A DNA stretch of 64,000 bases. Source: a virus. Both the position numbers and the translations under genes were made by a program. Within the stretch, counting starts at the first letter, position 1. Each line of letters opens with the position of its first letter. The stretch covers positions 67,295 to 131,294 of IMG/VR virus record IMGVR_UViG_3300027973_000030, one strand, 5' to 3'. Under the pieces are notes generated by a model. The model saw only the letters and a list, made by a program, of their open reading frames with translations. It ran no database searches and was not told the origin of the DNA. Shown here one piece after another: positions 31,601 to 39,428 of this stretch.

Positions 31601-31813
31601 AAGAAACTGTTGTTGTTGTTCATACTCTTTTACATAAGCAGGTTGTCTAGGTATATTATCATTACTACTTAAATTAACATTAGGCATGTTCTTTAAGTCT
31701 TGCTTATATTTAGATAACCAATCTGTACCACCTTTTTGCATCTTCTGCAATCCAGGAAGTACTCTGTGATCTACATCACCCGCATCAATAATATGTTGTA
31801 ATAGCTTATTCAT
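25667..31813 (-). CDS. Multidomain polyvalent virion protein: ART-like, zincin, PG-binding, N-acetylmuramoyl-L-alanine amidase, second zincin-like and GH108-like lysozyme domains
   Basis: 2048 aa. Amidase_2 motifs IILHHTG/SSHVVI/FHAG/GIEF/ITHK (~27360-27830); HEIKH 30206-30220; SIVDYL..RK.LA..Y..A.KN..LL (~29564-29710); ELAH..Q...EYEAH; AMDFIFNAG...RDWYYRNI...WYGRI (~25790-26310). Confidence 0.8.
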   Translation of the reverse strand: MNKLLQHIIDAGDVDHRVLPGLQKMQKGGTDWLSKYKQDLKNMPNVNLSSNDNIPRQPAYVKEYEQQQQFLKNKKEREQKELLEREFNNRTYISQDRSTPASREADRQRRLEAQRQEAMANSELAQTFGSFTPSGNNSAAGAIAANQFVKTVPIILAGAAGASALPSVLAGLNAPIAGVAGLTGTNFINAGFAYEGAKNIPNVASSIKKAYQNPSWGNVGNAALETGVTALDMMPFAAEAAPGVRAAVNASKESGILSNAYKVNPFSYQNNLPDNVMYRGLGKEGMEDALASGVFRAKQDVQPIMDGNFNVAKQFSKAYYSPKFNVADNYGDGFIAEVPRDASSWGKRYRSDWSQIAREDIPVDQGRILQKDWLQGYKQVKQPTPEFSKVPDLSGNVSGLPIDLTRPNLSIAEGNVMRNELEPKNQIAKFEIDKMAKRENDWINSDEYLKRRMAASGETAEQVKADVAKISERFKRTDVITAPIGNSAAGYYSKEYTPNVIGKQIFGKQSINPKVVVGDNVPRDEGLATLDHEIKHAFSQVSNTEPNYKGYPTIKLGNWFQRNIAGIGKKADNIQYLNRPSEQQVRNLELLDHIEESEGIKRGQQISSKNLHDFLKKISQDDNVNSYARRYSDVADYVNEIATKYGKDKSYPARKRLLDALNKSYVVPGAVGVGAAAIGAKEQKYGGENNMFQVFAQDGTEYKGPSIVDYLATKGYSGNKAFRKGLAEKYGVEDYNYSAAKNTELLNKLRENDDLLEKEYEQTQAPIAVEKMMQMEQRQAAPVRNTQPLYRPAFMDQEVPKTKVNLSLQPKVVYDKFSLKPKMVIPMPLTPAKAAVNTPPPVVQPVAATAPTPQINIPKFDPYSFMSSGVQNPPVVAPPVNTPVPFNSNTTFGNYNPADPFAFLRQNPNKLGPYTKENIPVVIPANKPVVETKKQSAADIKKTTWYEDLYNDFEDAVNRSPLDFSKMTMAPSGLSPEGAIAITKDVTASAKKGLVNLAKFVSPDNGKIVENYFKRQDLKNNDNLQETKTKFNIPTVGRPAISTGDTINIDKNRYVIPAMIDLNQTNWDTRNRDEYKDIDTEAADITTFQSFEKAKDYFAKNAKDANNSTYIGVDAAGKIKVGNKADFVNTDYRITKTFGNKIVDFIDEADGSMKLKDSKAKASNKHLSPVVKVMGDDGKMTEGSLNLLIPKGNRDTKSFGQITGGRVIFKTPKGEQFLVSGSAEDIRRAFKQIKGDNPYVEAITLDNGSYAMGLRNKNQKITAQQLKDYQGENTSGSAFLYLKPGNYTRGTNEAAPQTQFRDVPMNTPNIRTKNDESFKKGHSLTNEQKAIILHHTGYSDTTGVSKGMSKAMQGVAKQFSNPGESSHVVIDFDGTRYNYARPDQVTFHAGKSMMNGRDNVNDFGVGIEFQGDTDKTRLTDKQINSFVEYAGPIIKKNKIPLNSIITHKQIRTNYMKANPKDKEVLGKPDVNQIDYDRIIKALKKKGYYAQGGPVVDPMGQWAHPGEVTRIPGSDITMQGVNYPVLGIGSNGKKQMMYPGKDYSFGEAEHVDEYPMMQTGGYTLPEVTVYGHRNPTAKAYFDRWRKEAEDWQDRESPVNSPMSSYLAGEQMYTKYKGHDIKMLDKQDRPMLRVTPFSDTLQIHNPESDYRGDSLISELAHKVQLNKKGNLGFIKSHIGNDYLNTLKNMSLSDIFNADSWKSAYDKNYYAPGTQEYEAHSIIEPKLREEFQILADKEYDKLTASKNKMKGGGYVVTRSHDRKGKTHKVTGPDGTVKYFGDSKLGQHPNDPKRKAAFYARHKSNLAGNPFFRAFARKTWEDGGTIPPYQMAGQVSKTDSVRHQANKILQYEVLRGGSGSAPLDGTNGNPDYRDPKYKTILMDKIYPEVQKILPNASAMEAGEAMDFIFNAGWDKANNKITKDPRAFALQEYYRENDGSKLDAHGKWAGRKNAPYSFDQEYDGTIGKLPENQRRVLMNKGRDWYYRNINNPAPGVPNSDYNDTWYGRIWNTNDYQPFNSKNPNFTPKKQMGGVALGKQYLEKKHSIKVTYKK

Positions 31814-31820
31814 AGTCTCT

Positions 31821-34800
31821 CTACCTAAAAGATGGTTGTATTTTTTGGTTAGATATTTTAAAGATCATCTTTAGATCATTACTTGTAAGTTTTCTAAGTA
31901 ACACTCTATTTACATTGTGTCTAAACTTTTTATGTTCTAAAGCTGACTTCTGGTAGTTTACATAAGCTGGGTTAATTGAATACTCGTAACCATTAGCTTT
32001 AGTGTTAAACATAGGTACATTAGTAGTAGTAGCAAACTCACCACGGTTCTTAGTAATATCCCAGAACTGATTGAATCTAAATTTATTTTCTTCTTTAGCA
32101 TAATTAATCTTTATAGAAGCTGTACCTACTTGTGGGTAAGACAACATTTGTATAGGGTTTGTTTTACTCTTCAAGCTCATCTCTAATAAACCAGATATTT
32201 GTTCTGAGTTATAGATGACAGCTTGATCAAAGTTCTCATCTAAGATATGAAACTTATCAGCACAACCGTTATGATATTTATAAGTTTCTAACATGTATTC
32301 TACATTTCTAACAGTAGTAACTGTCTGTCCTGTAGATGATACAAACTCCACCTCAAAAGGATAATCTTTGTTATAGAAGTTAGCAAACTTATCACAACGT
32401 ACATTATGTTTCCATATAGTATTAGCGTTAACGCTTAAAAAATGTGACTTACTAGGAATTAAGAAAGTAGGAATCCAGTCATGGAATGATAACCACATTT
32501 TGTTTTTAGGATCATAACTTACAGTCCAAGAAGCTTCTTCAAATGCATCACTCTTAAATGTATAATAAGTTTTAACACCGCCTACAATTCTATAGAATCC
32601 TTTAGAGTCATATACTAAGTCAGCAAACTTAGGTTTGTAATCTTTCTTAGTGATATATATAATCTCATGAGTATTATCATAAATCATCTGTACTCCTACA
32701 CCGGCAACCTGATTATCATATAACGGGTAGTCTGGGAATGCTTTAAGTAACTCACTAGGTAAATACTTAGCAAACCACCACTTCATACCATTACGAGATA
32801 TCTCATCAAGCTGTCCAGCATATTGGAATATCTTACCTTGATTCTGACTAACCCAGAACACACCATGTGTAGTTCCTATAGAACAAAATCTACCCTGATT
32901 AGAACCATATTCATATGAGTCATCTGAGTTAACTAAAGCTTGCATTGGTTGACTAAATAATCCACCATCACCAATAGTTATCTTTGTACCAGCATCTGTC
33001 TGTAATTGATCCACACCCATAAACTGAACAGGACTTTGGTACGCCATCATAAACAAAGCACCATTTTTATTAACTGGTTTAATACTAGCAACTCTAGATT
33101 GAAAATCTTTATAGTTGTTAGCTAAGAATAGTCTCCAGTTATCTTTACTCACTTCTTCTTGTTGCGGTAAAGAATAGATAACTCTATTTGGTCTATACGT
33201 AAAGCATGAAGAATAAGTTGTAGGATCATAACTTCTAGGAAGTAAGTTACCCCATGATATAAAGTTAGAATACAGTTTAGATATGCTTAATGAATAGTCA
33301 TATTTGTAATAATTACCACTCTTAATAATATCACTTCTAAACATTAAACTTAAGTCAGTAAACTCATTAGCATCGTAGTGACGCTTAGATGTTTCATCTT
33401 CCCAATCACGGAAAGCTAAGTTAATCTCAGACTCTACAAAGAACTCTCTAACACCTGAGTTAAACAAATACATGTAACCCTGATGAATATAAAAGAACCT
33501 TGTAACTGACTTATCTAAGTGATGATGTTCTTTAGCTGAACTCTCTATAAGTTTATATTCAGCTTCTGCAGTGTTCATCCAATATCTAGGATACGGAACG
33601 TTTATATAGTTTCTATAATCATAAGCAGTTTCATCTGGAAAGTCTATCATCCAATCATTAAAGAATGGCATAGTATTTTTCTCAGTAAACTTATTTATAT
33701 ATACATCACCGCCAAATATAATATCAGATGTAAACTTAGTATTAGGTTGACCATTAGTTAAACCTACACAAGTAGTAATAGGTAATTGTTTAATTGATTC
33801 TAACTGCCCATATTGAGAAGCTAAAGGAATCTTGATAGATCCATAATGACAAGATATATTACGTTGAAATCCTTTATTAGGTTCTACTGCTGCATTTGCT
33901 AGTGGTATTCTGGCAGCATCACTTATTAACACTCTACTATTATCTAAATTAGTTGGATCTGCAAAAGTTTTACCATCAGGTAGTTTTATAATTACAAAGT
34001 TGTTTCTATATAGATTATTGATTCTATATCCATTATTAAAACCTTGTACGTTTCCTTTTACATATAAACTATCATCTATCTTTCTTCTTCTGTTACCTAC
34101 TTTAGATTGACTAAAGTTATTAAAGAAACCATGAGAGTTATATTGTAAAGCATATTGACGTTTAGGTATTAAACCATAAACCAACACTTGTAATTGAGCT
34201 GCAGTAGTTTCAGAATGAATATATTTAACTACAGCCATTTGAGCTTCATACCCAACTACATTCAAACCATAAGCAATAGTATCAACTATATCAGATACAA
34301 GATCACCTACACCAAAAATACTTCCAACTGCTCCTAAAACAGATCCTAATATTGTTTTCTTTTTTTCAGGTTTAACAGGAACAAGGTTAAGTTTAACAGG
34401 CATTTTAGTAGTACCTGTTAACTCAACACTGCCAACAGGAAAGTTATCATTAGAAAGACTATTAAAAATTCTAATTATTTGTAAAGTTTTAGTAACTATC
34501 TCTACGTTTTTACCAAGGAATTTATTTTTAGGATGTCTCCATGGTTGTTCAAATACCCCTTCAGATCTACCATACACTTCACCATACAATTTAATTTCTT
34601 GTACAGATAAGAATGGTTGAGTAAAAGTAGTATCAGGACTATGAAAAGAAAATACATCTTTTCTATAACCAGTTAATGGATCAGATTTACGGTTATCAAA
34701 TGAACCATTATTAATATGATCTACATTAGAAGTTAAATAATAGTCAGCAGATAAATCATTATAAGGATAGTTTTGATATAATCCTTGTATACCTGTAGTA

Positions 34801-36881
34801 CTTTCTGGTATTGTATACTCACGCATATTATTAAATATACCTGTAGCTACGATTGTCTTATGACCTTCTCTAGTTCCTCTAAGTATTTCATACCCAACTA
34901 CAGAAGCAATTGGTTTACCATCTATACCTAAAGGATGAGTGATATTTTCAAACTGTACACCTAACACTACAATATTTTGTCCATCTGTGTTATAGTGATT
35001 AACTATTGGATCTACAGTAGCATCAGGAAACTTATGGTGTCTAATAGGTTGACCGCACAATGTTCCCCATATTTGAGGTTTATTGTCAGGATATAACTCT
35101 GTAGATTCCCAATACCCCATCTGCCCACTTGCAATAATTTTACCACCATCTGTTAATATACTTGTTGTTAAACTGTCTACTGTTGCTGTGTTGTCTACTT
35201 GCCAACGCTGTGGTATTAAACCATCTGCTATTTCATATACATCATCTCCACCAGCTAATGTTCTATCAGAAGCTATAGGAGCTCTTCCTGGAATATGATA
35301 AGAATCAGAACGTTCACCTGTTGTGTATACCCATCTAATAAAGAATGAATATTGTTCATCTCTCATAAAAGAAGGATTGTTTCCTCCTTTAGGATAATAT
35401 GTTGCTGGATACTGTACAGCTACCCATTTTGATTTAATAGCATTAGCTTGTTGTTGATAATTAAATCTGAACTTACTATATGTACCTACACGTAATAGAT
35501 AATTATTTACAGAATACATTGCATCTGACTTCTCAATTGGTTCTGTTCTAAGAACAATCATTGTAAGAGGAACCGTAATTAATTCAGGTCCTACAGAACT
35601 AATGTAAATAACCCCTTGGCTAGTAGAATAATAACCAAGACTTTTAGCTACAGCTTGTTGATTGATATTAGATATTACCACCAATTCAAACTCATCAAAG
35701 CTTTTATCAATATTAGTAATAGTTACTTCTAAAGAACCTGATAAGTTCTGATGACTAAACAAAGCTTGCACTTCACTAAGTCCAAAATAATCAGTAATCT
35801 TAACTTGATCTATAGTGTATGCTAATGCAACTTGATATGAACCATTAGCTAACGTACCCGAACCTTTACCTTTTTGTAAAGACATGCAAGGTTGTTTAAC
35901 TAATGGAGCAAGTCTAATCTTTTCACAATCTAATCTATCTGAACATACTGGAGTCTTACAACCTATTCCAGAACTAGCTGGTGTTAAACTTGTAATGTCA
36001 TTTATTTTATATGGAGTAGTAACAGTACTTTGAGAAAATCCTGCACACGGTATAGTATTACCATTATAATCTTTTTTTGTACCAATAGTAAGTAGGGCAT
36101 TAAGAACCCCTCCAGGAAATTGTTGCTCGTACGCTTGTTGATCTGTTAAACATAACTCATATGTTGTACGACCAGCTGTAGGAATAGCAATACTAATAAC
36201 ATGTATATAGGATTGTTCTGCAATACAACTTGAAGGAACAATCTGCATTGCAGCAGGTTTATCAAAAGATAAAAACTCAAATACTTCTCCATCAACTAAA
36301 TATTTAGTTTGGGAAGTGTAGTTAATGTCTATATAGGTAAGTTTAGTAGAAGCTGTTTTAGCTGGACATGTTGCACCAATTAATCTATACTTAAACGGTT
36401 GTTTAGTAACAGAAGGTTGTGTACATACATATGGTACGTCATCAATATTTAAAACTCTAGTTGGGTTTAAACCATCATCCCAATAAAGCATTTTCTCACA
36501 ATCAAACTTTTTACGGAATACTCCAGTAATAAGATTTGAACGTTTAAAGTTTAAACATGGATCATTTATAACTTTAGTATAAGAGCAAGCAGACTCATCA
36601 AATACACCAATTTCAGAGTTAAGATCGTCTGTAGTAAATACAGCCCATTGGTCATCTAACATATGTATTAGACCAATCAATGTATATGGTAGAGTTACAC
36701 AATACAAGTTAGCTGGTTCATTACCTATGACACCAACCTGACCATCATGTGAATTATTAACTGCATTACGTGCATGAGTGTACAATCCCTCACCTACGAA
36801 AGTCTCGTTGTAATCTTTAACCATACCTTTACTAAAGGTATTAGTGACAGCTCCCGGATTTTGTGATTCTTGTTCAGCCAT
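31821..36881 (-). CDS. crAss-like tail muzzle / tail stabilization protein
   Basis: 1686 aa. N-terminal TNTFSKGMVKD...ARNAV, FMRDEQYSFFIRWV...HIPGR, ISRNGMKWWF and WTVSYDP..WLSFHDWIP. Lies downstream of the ring genes. Confidence 0.8.
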   Translation of the reverse strand: MAEQESQNPGAVTNTFSKGMVKDYNETFVGEGLYTHARNAVNNSHDGQVGVIGNEPANLYCVTLPYTLIGLIHMLDDQWAVFTTDDLNSEIGVFDESACSYTKVINDPCLNFKRSNLITGVFRKKFDCEKMLYWDDGLNPTRVLNIDDVPYVCTQPSVTKQPFKYRLIGATCPAKTASTKLTYIDINYTSQTKYLVDGEVFEFLSFDKPAAMQIVPSSCIAEQSYIHVISIAIPTAGRTTYELCLTDQQAYEQQFPGGVLNALLTIGTKKDYNGNTIPCAGFSQSTVTTPYKINDITSLTPASSGIGCKTPVCSDRLDCEKIRLAPLVKQPCMSLQKGKGSGTLANGSYQVALAYTIDQVKITDYFGLSEVQALFSHQNLSGSLEVTITNIDKSFDEFELVVISNINQQAVAKSLGYYSTSQGVIYISSVGPELITVPLTMIVLRTEPIEKSDAMYSVNNYLLRVGTYSKFRFNYQQQANAIKSKWVAVQYPATYYPKGGNNPSFMRDEQYSFFIRWVYTTGERSDSYHIPGRAPIASDRTLAGGDDVYEIADGLIPQRWQVDNTATVDSLTTSILTDGGKIIASGQMGYWESTELYPDNKPQIWGTLCGQPIRHHKFPDATVDPIVNHYNTDGQNIVVLGVQFENITHPLGIDGKPIASVVGYEILRGTREGHKTIVATGIFNNMREYTIPESTTGIQGLYQNYPYNDLSADYYLTSNVDHINNGSFDNRKSDPLTGYRKDVFSFHSPDTTFTQPFLSVQEIKLYGEVYGRSEGVFEQPWRHPKNKFLGKNVEIVTKTLQIIRIFNSLSNDNFPVGSVELTGTTKMPVKLNLVPVKPEKKKTILGSVLGAVGSIFGVGDLVSDIVDTIAYGLNVVGYEAQMAVVKYIHSETTAAQLQVLVYGLIPKRQYALQYNSHGFFNNFSQSKVGNRRRKIDDSLYVKGNVQGFNNGYRINNLYRNNFVIIKLPDGKTFADPTNLDNSRVLISDAARIPLANAAVEPNKGFQRNISCHYGSIKIPLASQYGQLESIKQLPITTCVGLTNGQPNTKFTSDIIFGGDVYINKFTEKNTMPFFNDWMIDFPDETAYDYRNYINVPYPRYWMNTAEAEYKLIESSAKEHHHLDKSVTRFFYIHQGYMYLFNSGVREFFVESEINLAFRDWEDETSKRHYDANEFTDLSLMFRSDIIKSGNYYKYDYSLSISKLYSNFISWGNLLPRSYDPTTYSSCFTYRPNRVIYSLPQQEEVSKDNWRLFLANNYKDFQSRVASIKPVNKNGALFMMAYQSPVQFMGVDQLQTDAGTKITIGDGGLFSQPMQALVNSDDSYEYGSNQGRFCSIGTTHGVFWVSQNQGKIFQYAGQLDEISRNGMKWWFAKYLPSELLKAFPDYPLYDNQVAGVGVQMIYDNTHEIIYITKKDYKPKFADLVYDSKGFYRIVGGVKTYYTFKSDAFEEASWTVSYDPKNKMWLSFHDWIPTFLIPSKSHFLSVNANTIWKHNVRCDKFANFYNKDYPFEVEFVSSTGQTVTTVRNVEYMLETYKYHNGCADKFHILDENFDQAVIYNSEQISGLLEMSLKSKTNPIQMLSYPQVGTASIKINYAKEENKFRFNQFWDITKNRGEFATTTNVPMFNTKANGYEYSINPAYVNYQKSALEHKKFRHNVNRVLLRKLTSNDLKMIFKISNQKIQPSFR

Positions 36882-37233
36882 GTTTTATATCAAGCTTCTT
36901 CTTTTCTAAAAATTTATATGTCACAGCGGTTAAGTGTCCTGCCAACCAAGCTTGTGCTTCTTCATCTACCACTCCTCTATCTTCTGTCACTCTAACAGCA
37001 GCATGAAAGATTTCATGAGCTATTGTATTATGCGTTAGATACTTTACTCCTAATAGTAAATAGTAAACATCTGTATCAGGCATAACTAAAGCACCTTCTG
37101 CTTCATCTCCAAAAGTTTCTTTTATCTTACATCTTTTGTATATTCTATCTGCCTCAACAGAAACACTTTCAACTATACTTATAATAATCTTGCAACTATA
37201 AGTAGGTAATTTTATGGTTGTACTTACACTCAT
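36874..37233 (-). CDS. Small zincin-like metallopeptidase
   Basis: 119 aa; TIAHEIFHAA...DEEAQAWL gives HExxH plus a downstream Glu ligand. Confidence 0.7.
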   Translation of the reverse strand: MSVSTTIKLPTYSCKIIISIVESVSVEADRIYKRCKIKETFGDEAEGALVMPDTDVYYLLLGVKYLTHNTIAHEIFHAAVRVTEDRGVVDEEAQAWLAGHLTAVTYKFLEKKKLDIKHG

Positions 37234-37236
37234 ACA

Positions 37237-38103
37237 TTATACTCCCTCTGTTGATTTAAACATATCGTAATACTTGTTGTATTGAGCTTTACGATTTGTC
37301 TGCCATAACTTATACATTTCTGCAAAGTCTGGAGTGTTAACAATACTTAATGCGTTATTCCTTGCAGATCTAAGACGTTGCTCAACCAATTGAATCTTCT
37401 GAGAAACATCTTCCCCATTCATATATAAGTTTTCTAGAATACGCTGTTTCATAGCATATTCATAATACTCATTAATCATAGGATGATCTAATACTAATAA
37501 ATTACCATCATCATCTTCTAAAGAACCTTGGTATGAAATAAATACAGAACCTTCTTCTACATTAGTATATATAAAACCATTTTTAATAAGTGCACTTTTT
37601 GCATAATCATCAAGAGCATCTGTTTTTCCTGTAGAAGAAGCTATATGTAATTTTTCAAAAGTATCGTAAGTTTTAGTTTCATATTTACGTTTCTCTACCA
37701 CCTGTACAAAAACCTTTTCTCCTGTCTTACATTCTACAGTGTATGTAGATTCACAAGTACAAGTGGGGTCAGGTTGACCGCACTTTCTACATAGATCAGA
37801 TTTAAGAATAACATTTTCTGTTTCACGACCAGATAATGTTGGCGTAGTTACAGTATATTTACCACACAAATAAGCGTAGTTAAGAACATAGAAATCATCA
37901 GGAAGTTTAGTCTTTCTTTTTTCTATGTCTAATACTTTTTCTTTTGTACCATGAATTTTAAGACCTAAGTCATAGTTTATACGCTGAGCCACTTTGATTA
38001 ACTGACCTGGTTCTATCATCCCCTCATTACTATACGTAACAAAGTCTGCCGAAACCTCATTAAGAAGTTGGTCAAAAGTTCTATATTGTAATTCAGTTTT
38101 CAT
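37237..38103 (-). CDS. Tail ring (tubular/neck) protein with Cys-rich insert
   Basis: 288 aa. LPDDFY, IKNGFIYTNVEEGSVFISYQG..DDDGNLLV pattern of crAss ring proteins; CRKC..C.C insert. Confidence 0.7.
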   Translation of the reverse strand: MKTELQYRTFDQLLNEVSADFVTYSNEGMIEPGQLIKVAQRINYDLGLKIHGTKEKVLDIEKRKTKLPDDFYVLNYAYLCGKYTVTTPTLSGRETENVILKSDLCRKCGQPDPTCTCESTYTVECKTGEKVFVQVVEKRKYETKTYDTFEKLHIASSTGKTDALDDYAKSALIKNGFIYTNVEEGSVFISYQGSLEDDDGNLLVLDHPMINEYYEYAMKQRILENLYMNGEDVSQKIQLVEQRLRSARNNALSIVNTPDFAEMYKLWQTNRKAQYNKYYDMFKSTEGV

Positions 38104-38774
38104 CGGAATGCACTTTGTTTATCTGGAGATGAATCAGTTGGTAATGATAACATACCAGCTAAATCTTTAAATGTGTTACTTTCAATTTCACCAAATAAGT
38201 AATCTGGTACATTAAAAGGTTGGTCTGTCTTTTGAATACAGCTATCAGCAGCACATGTAAATATAGAAATATCTTCTTCAAAGATTCCTTCTATACGTAC
38301 AGCATCCCATTCTAAATTAGGAAAATATAAATAGTCATTTAAATACCAATAGTATTTAGTCATATTAAACTTAAAGTTTTTTGACTTAGACATTGATAAA
38401 TAACTATTTGGGTTAGTCGGTTGCAAACTTTCTGACCCATCAATTGATGTAGTGGAACGAATTAACGGACCGTTATAACCCTGCATAAAAACAGGCATTT
38501 TTTCTTTTGTACGTTTAATTTTACAATCAGAACTAATACCTGTACAGCAAGCTTCCACTTTATCCACTTCAATAAGTTCTACAAAATCCATAGTTTGCAC
38601 TACGCCTGAATAAGCTAATAGTCTATTCTTACCATCCTCACGTTTCATTAACCACTTTGCATGCTTTAATATAAAAGCATAGATAGCTCTATCAGTCAAG
38701 AAAGCATCTTGTCTAACAGCTTTTATCTGCGTTCTCATTCTTGAGATTACATCTCCTATAGTAGTTTTAGCCAT
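38100..38774 (-). CDS. Tail ring protein (crAss-like structural protein)
   Basis: 224 aa. VELIEVDKVEAC...RTKEKMP...YYWYLNDYLY...VRIEGIFE; ATGA overlap with the next gene. Confidence 0.7.
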   Translation of the reverse strand: MAKTTIGDVISRMRTQIKAVRQDAFLTDRAIYAFILKHAKWLMKREDGKNRLLAYSGVVQTMDFVELIEVDKVEACCTGISSDCKIKRTKEKMPVFMQGYNGPLIRSTTSIDGSESLQPTNPNSYLSMSKSKNFKFNMTKYYWYLNDYLYFPNLEWDAVRIEGIFEEDISIFTCAADSCIQKTDQPFNVPDYLFGEIESNTFKDLAGMLSLPTDSSPDKQSAFR

Positions 38775-38778
38775 GGTG

Positions 38779-39363
38779 TTAATCTAAATTAAACTCATCA
38801 TACTGTTCTAACAGTTGTTCCGTTTCATTTTTAATAAAATCCTGCATCTTCTGTTTCCTAAATATTCTACTCACTTTAATCATATTGTCAAGTAGTATAT
38901 ATCGTTTCCAGTTCTCAGGGTATGTTTTAGCCACCGTTCTTTTAAAATCTCTTACACCTGTAAAAGACCACATTTCGTTATTTTTAAAACGATACTTAGT
39001 CTCATAGTTAGTGTATAAAATCTTAGCTACATAACTATCACTTTCCCAGTTCTGGTATTGCACCTTAGAACCGAGTTCGTTAGATACTTTGTAGTTAGTA
39101 TTGTGTCTCTTTTTTCGTGGACAAGATCCAATAAATAAATTACCTAACTGTTCTGGTAGTTCTACACCATCACGTTCATTAATAGCCGTTTCCCAAAGTT
39201 TACCATTGAAGGTACTTATCACTTCTTTAAACTTATCTATAGTTAAAGAAGCATATCTTGGGTGCTCTTCTATAAACCTATCGTAAAACTCAACATTAGT
39301 AAAGTTTAACTTCTTAGATCTATATCTAGGAGCATTTAGGTCAGGTCGTTTATATGTTTTCAC
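38779..39363 (-). CDS. IHF/HU-like DNA-binding protein of crAss-like phages
   Basis: 194 aa, GTG start, basic. GVELPEQLGNLFI and F...RDFKRTVAK; position just upstream of the ring genes matches crAss gene order. Confidence 0.6.
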   Translation of the reverse strand: MKTYKRPDLNAPRYRSKKLNFTNVEFYDRFIEEHPRYASLTIDKFKEVISTFNGKLWETAINERDGVELPEQLGNLFIGSCPRKKRHNTNYKVSNELGSKVQYQNWESDSYVAKILYTNYETKYRFKNNEMWSFTGVRDFKRTVAKTYPENWKRYILLDNMIKVSRIFRKQKMQDFIKNETEQLLEQYDEFNLD

Positions 39364-39370
39364 TATACCG

Positions 39371-39428
39371 CTACATTAATAATTTACGAAAAATCTACGA
39401 GGTTTCCTAGGTAAACTTTTAGAGTTTA
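39371..39428 (-). promoter_or_regulatory. Conserved intergenic element, copy B (candidate late promoter/operator)
   Basis: Minus strand TAAAC-TCTAAAA-GTTTA-CCTAGG-AAAC-CTCGT-AGATTTT-TC-GTAAATTATTAATGTAG. Confidence 0.55.
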
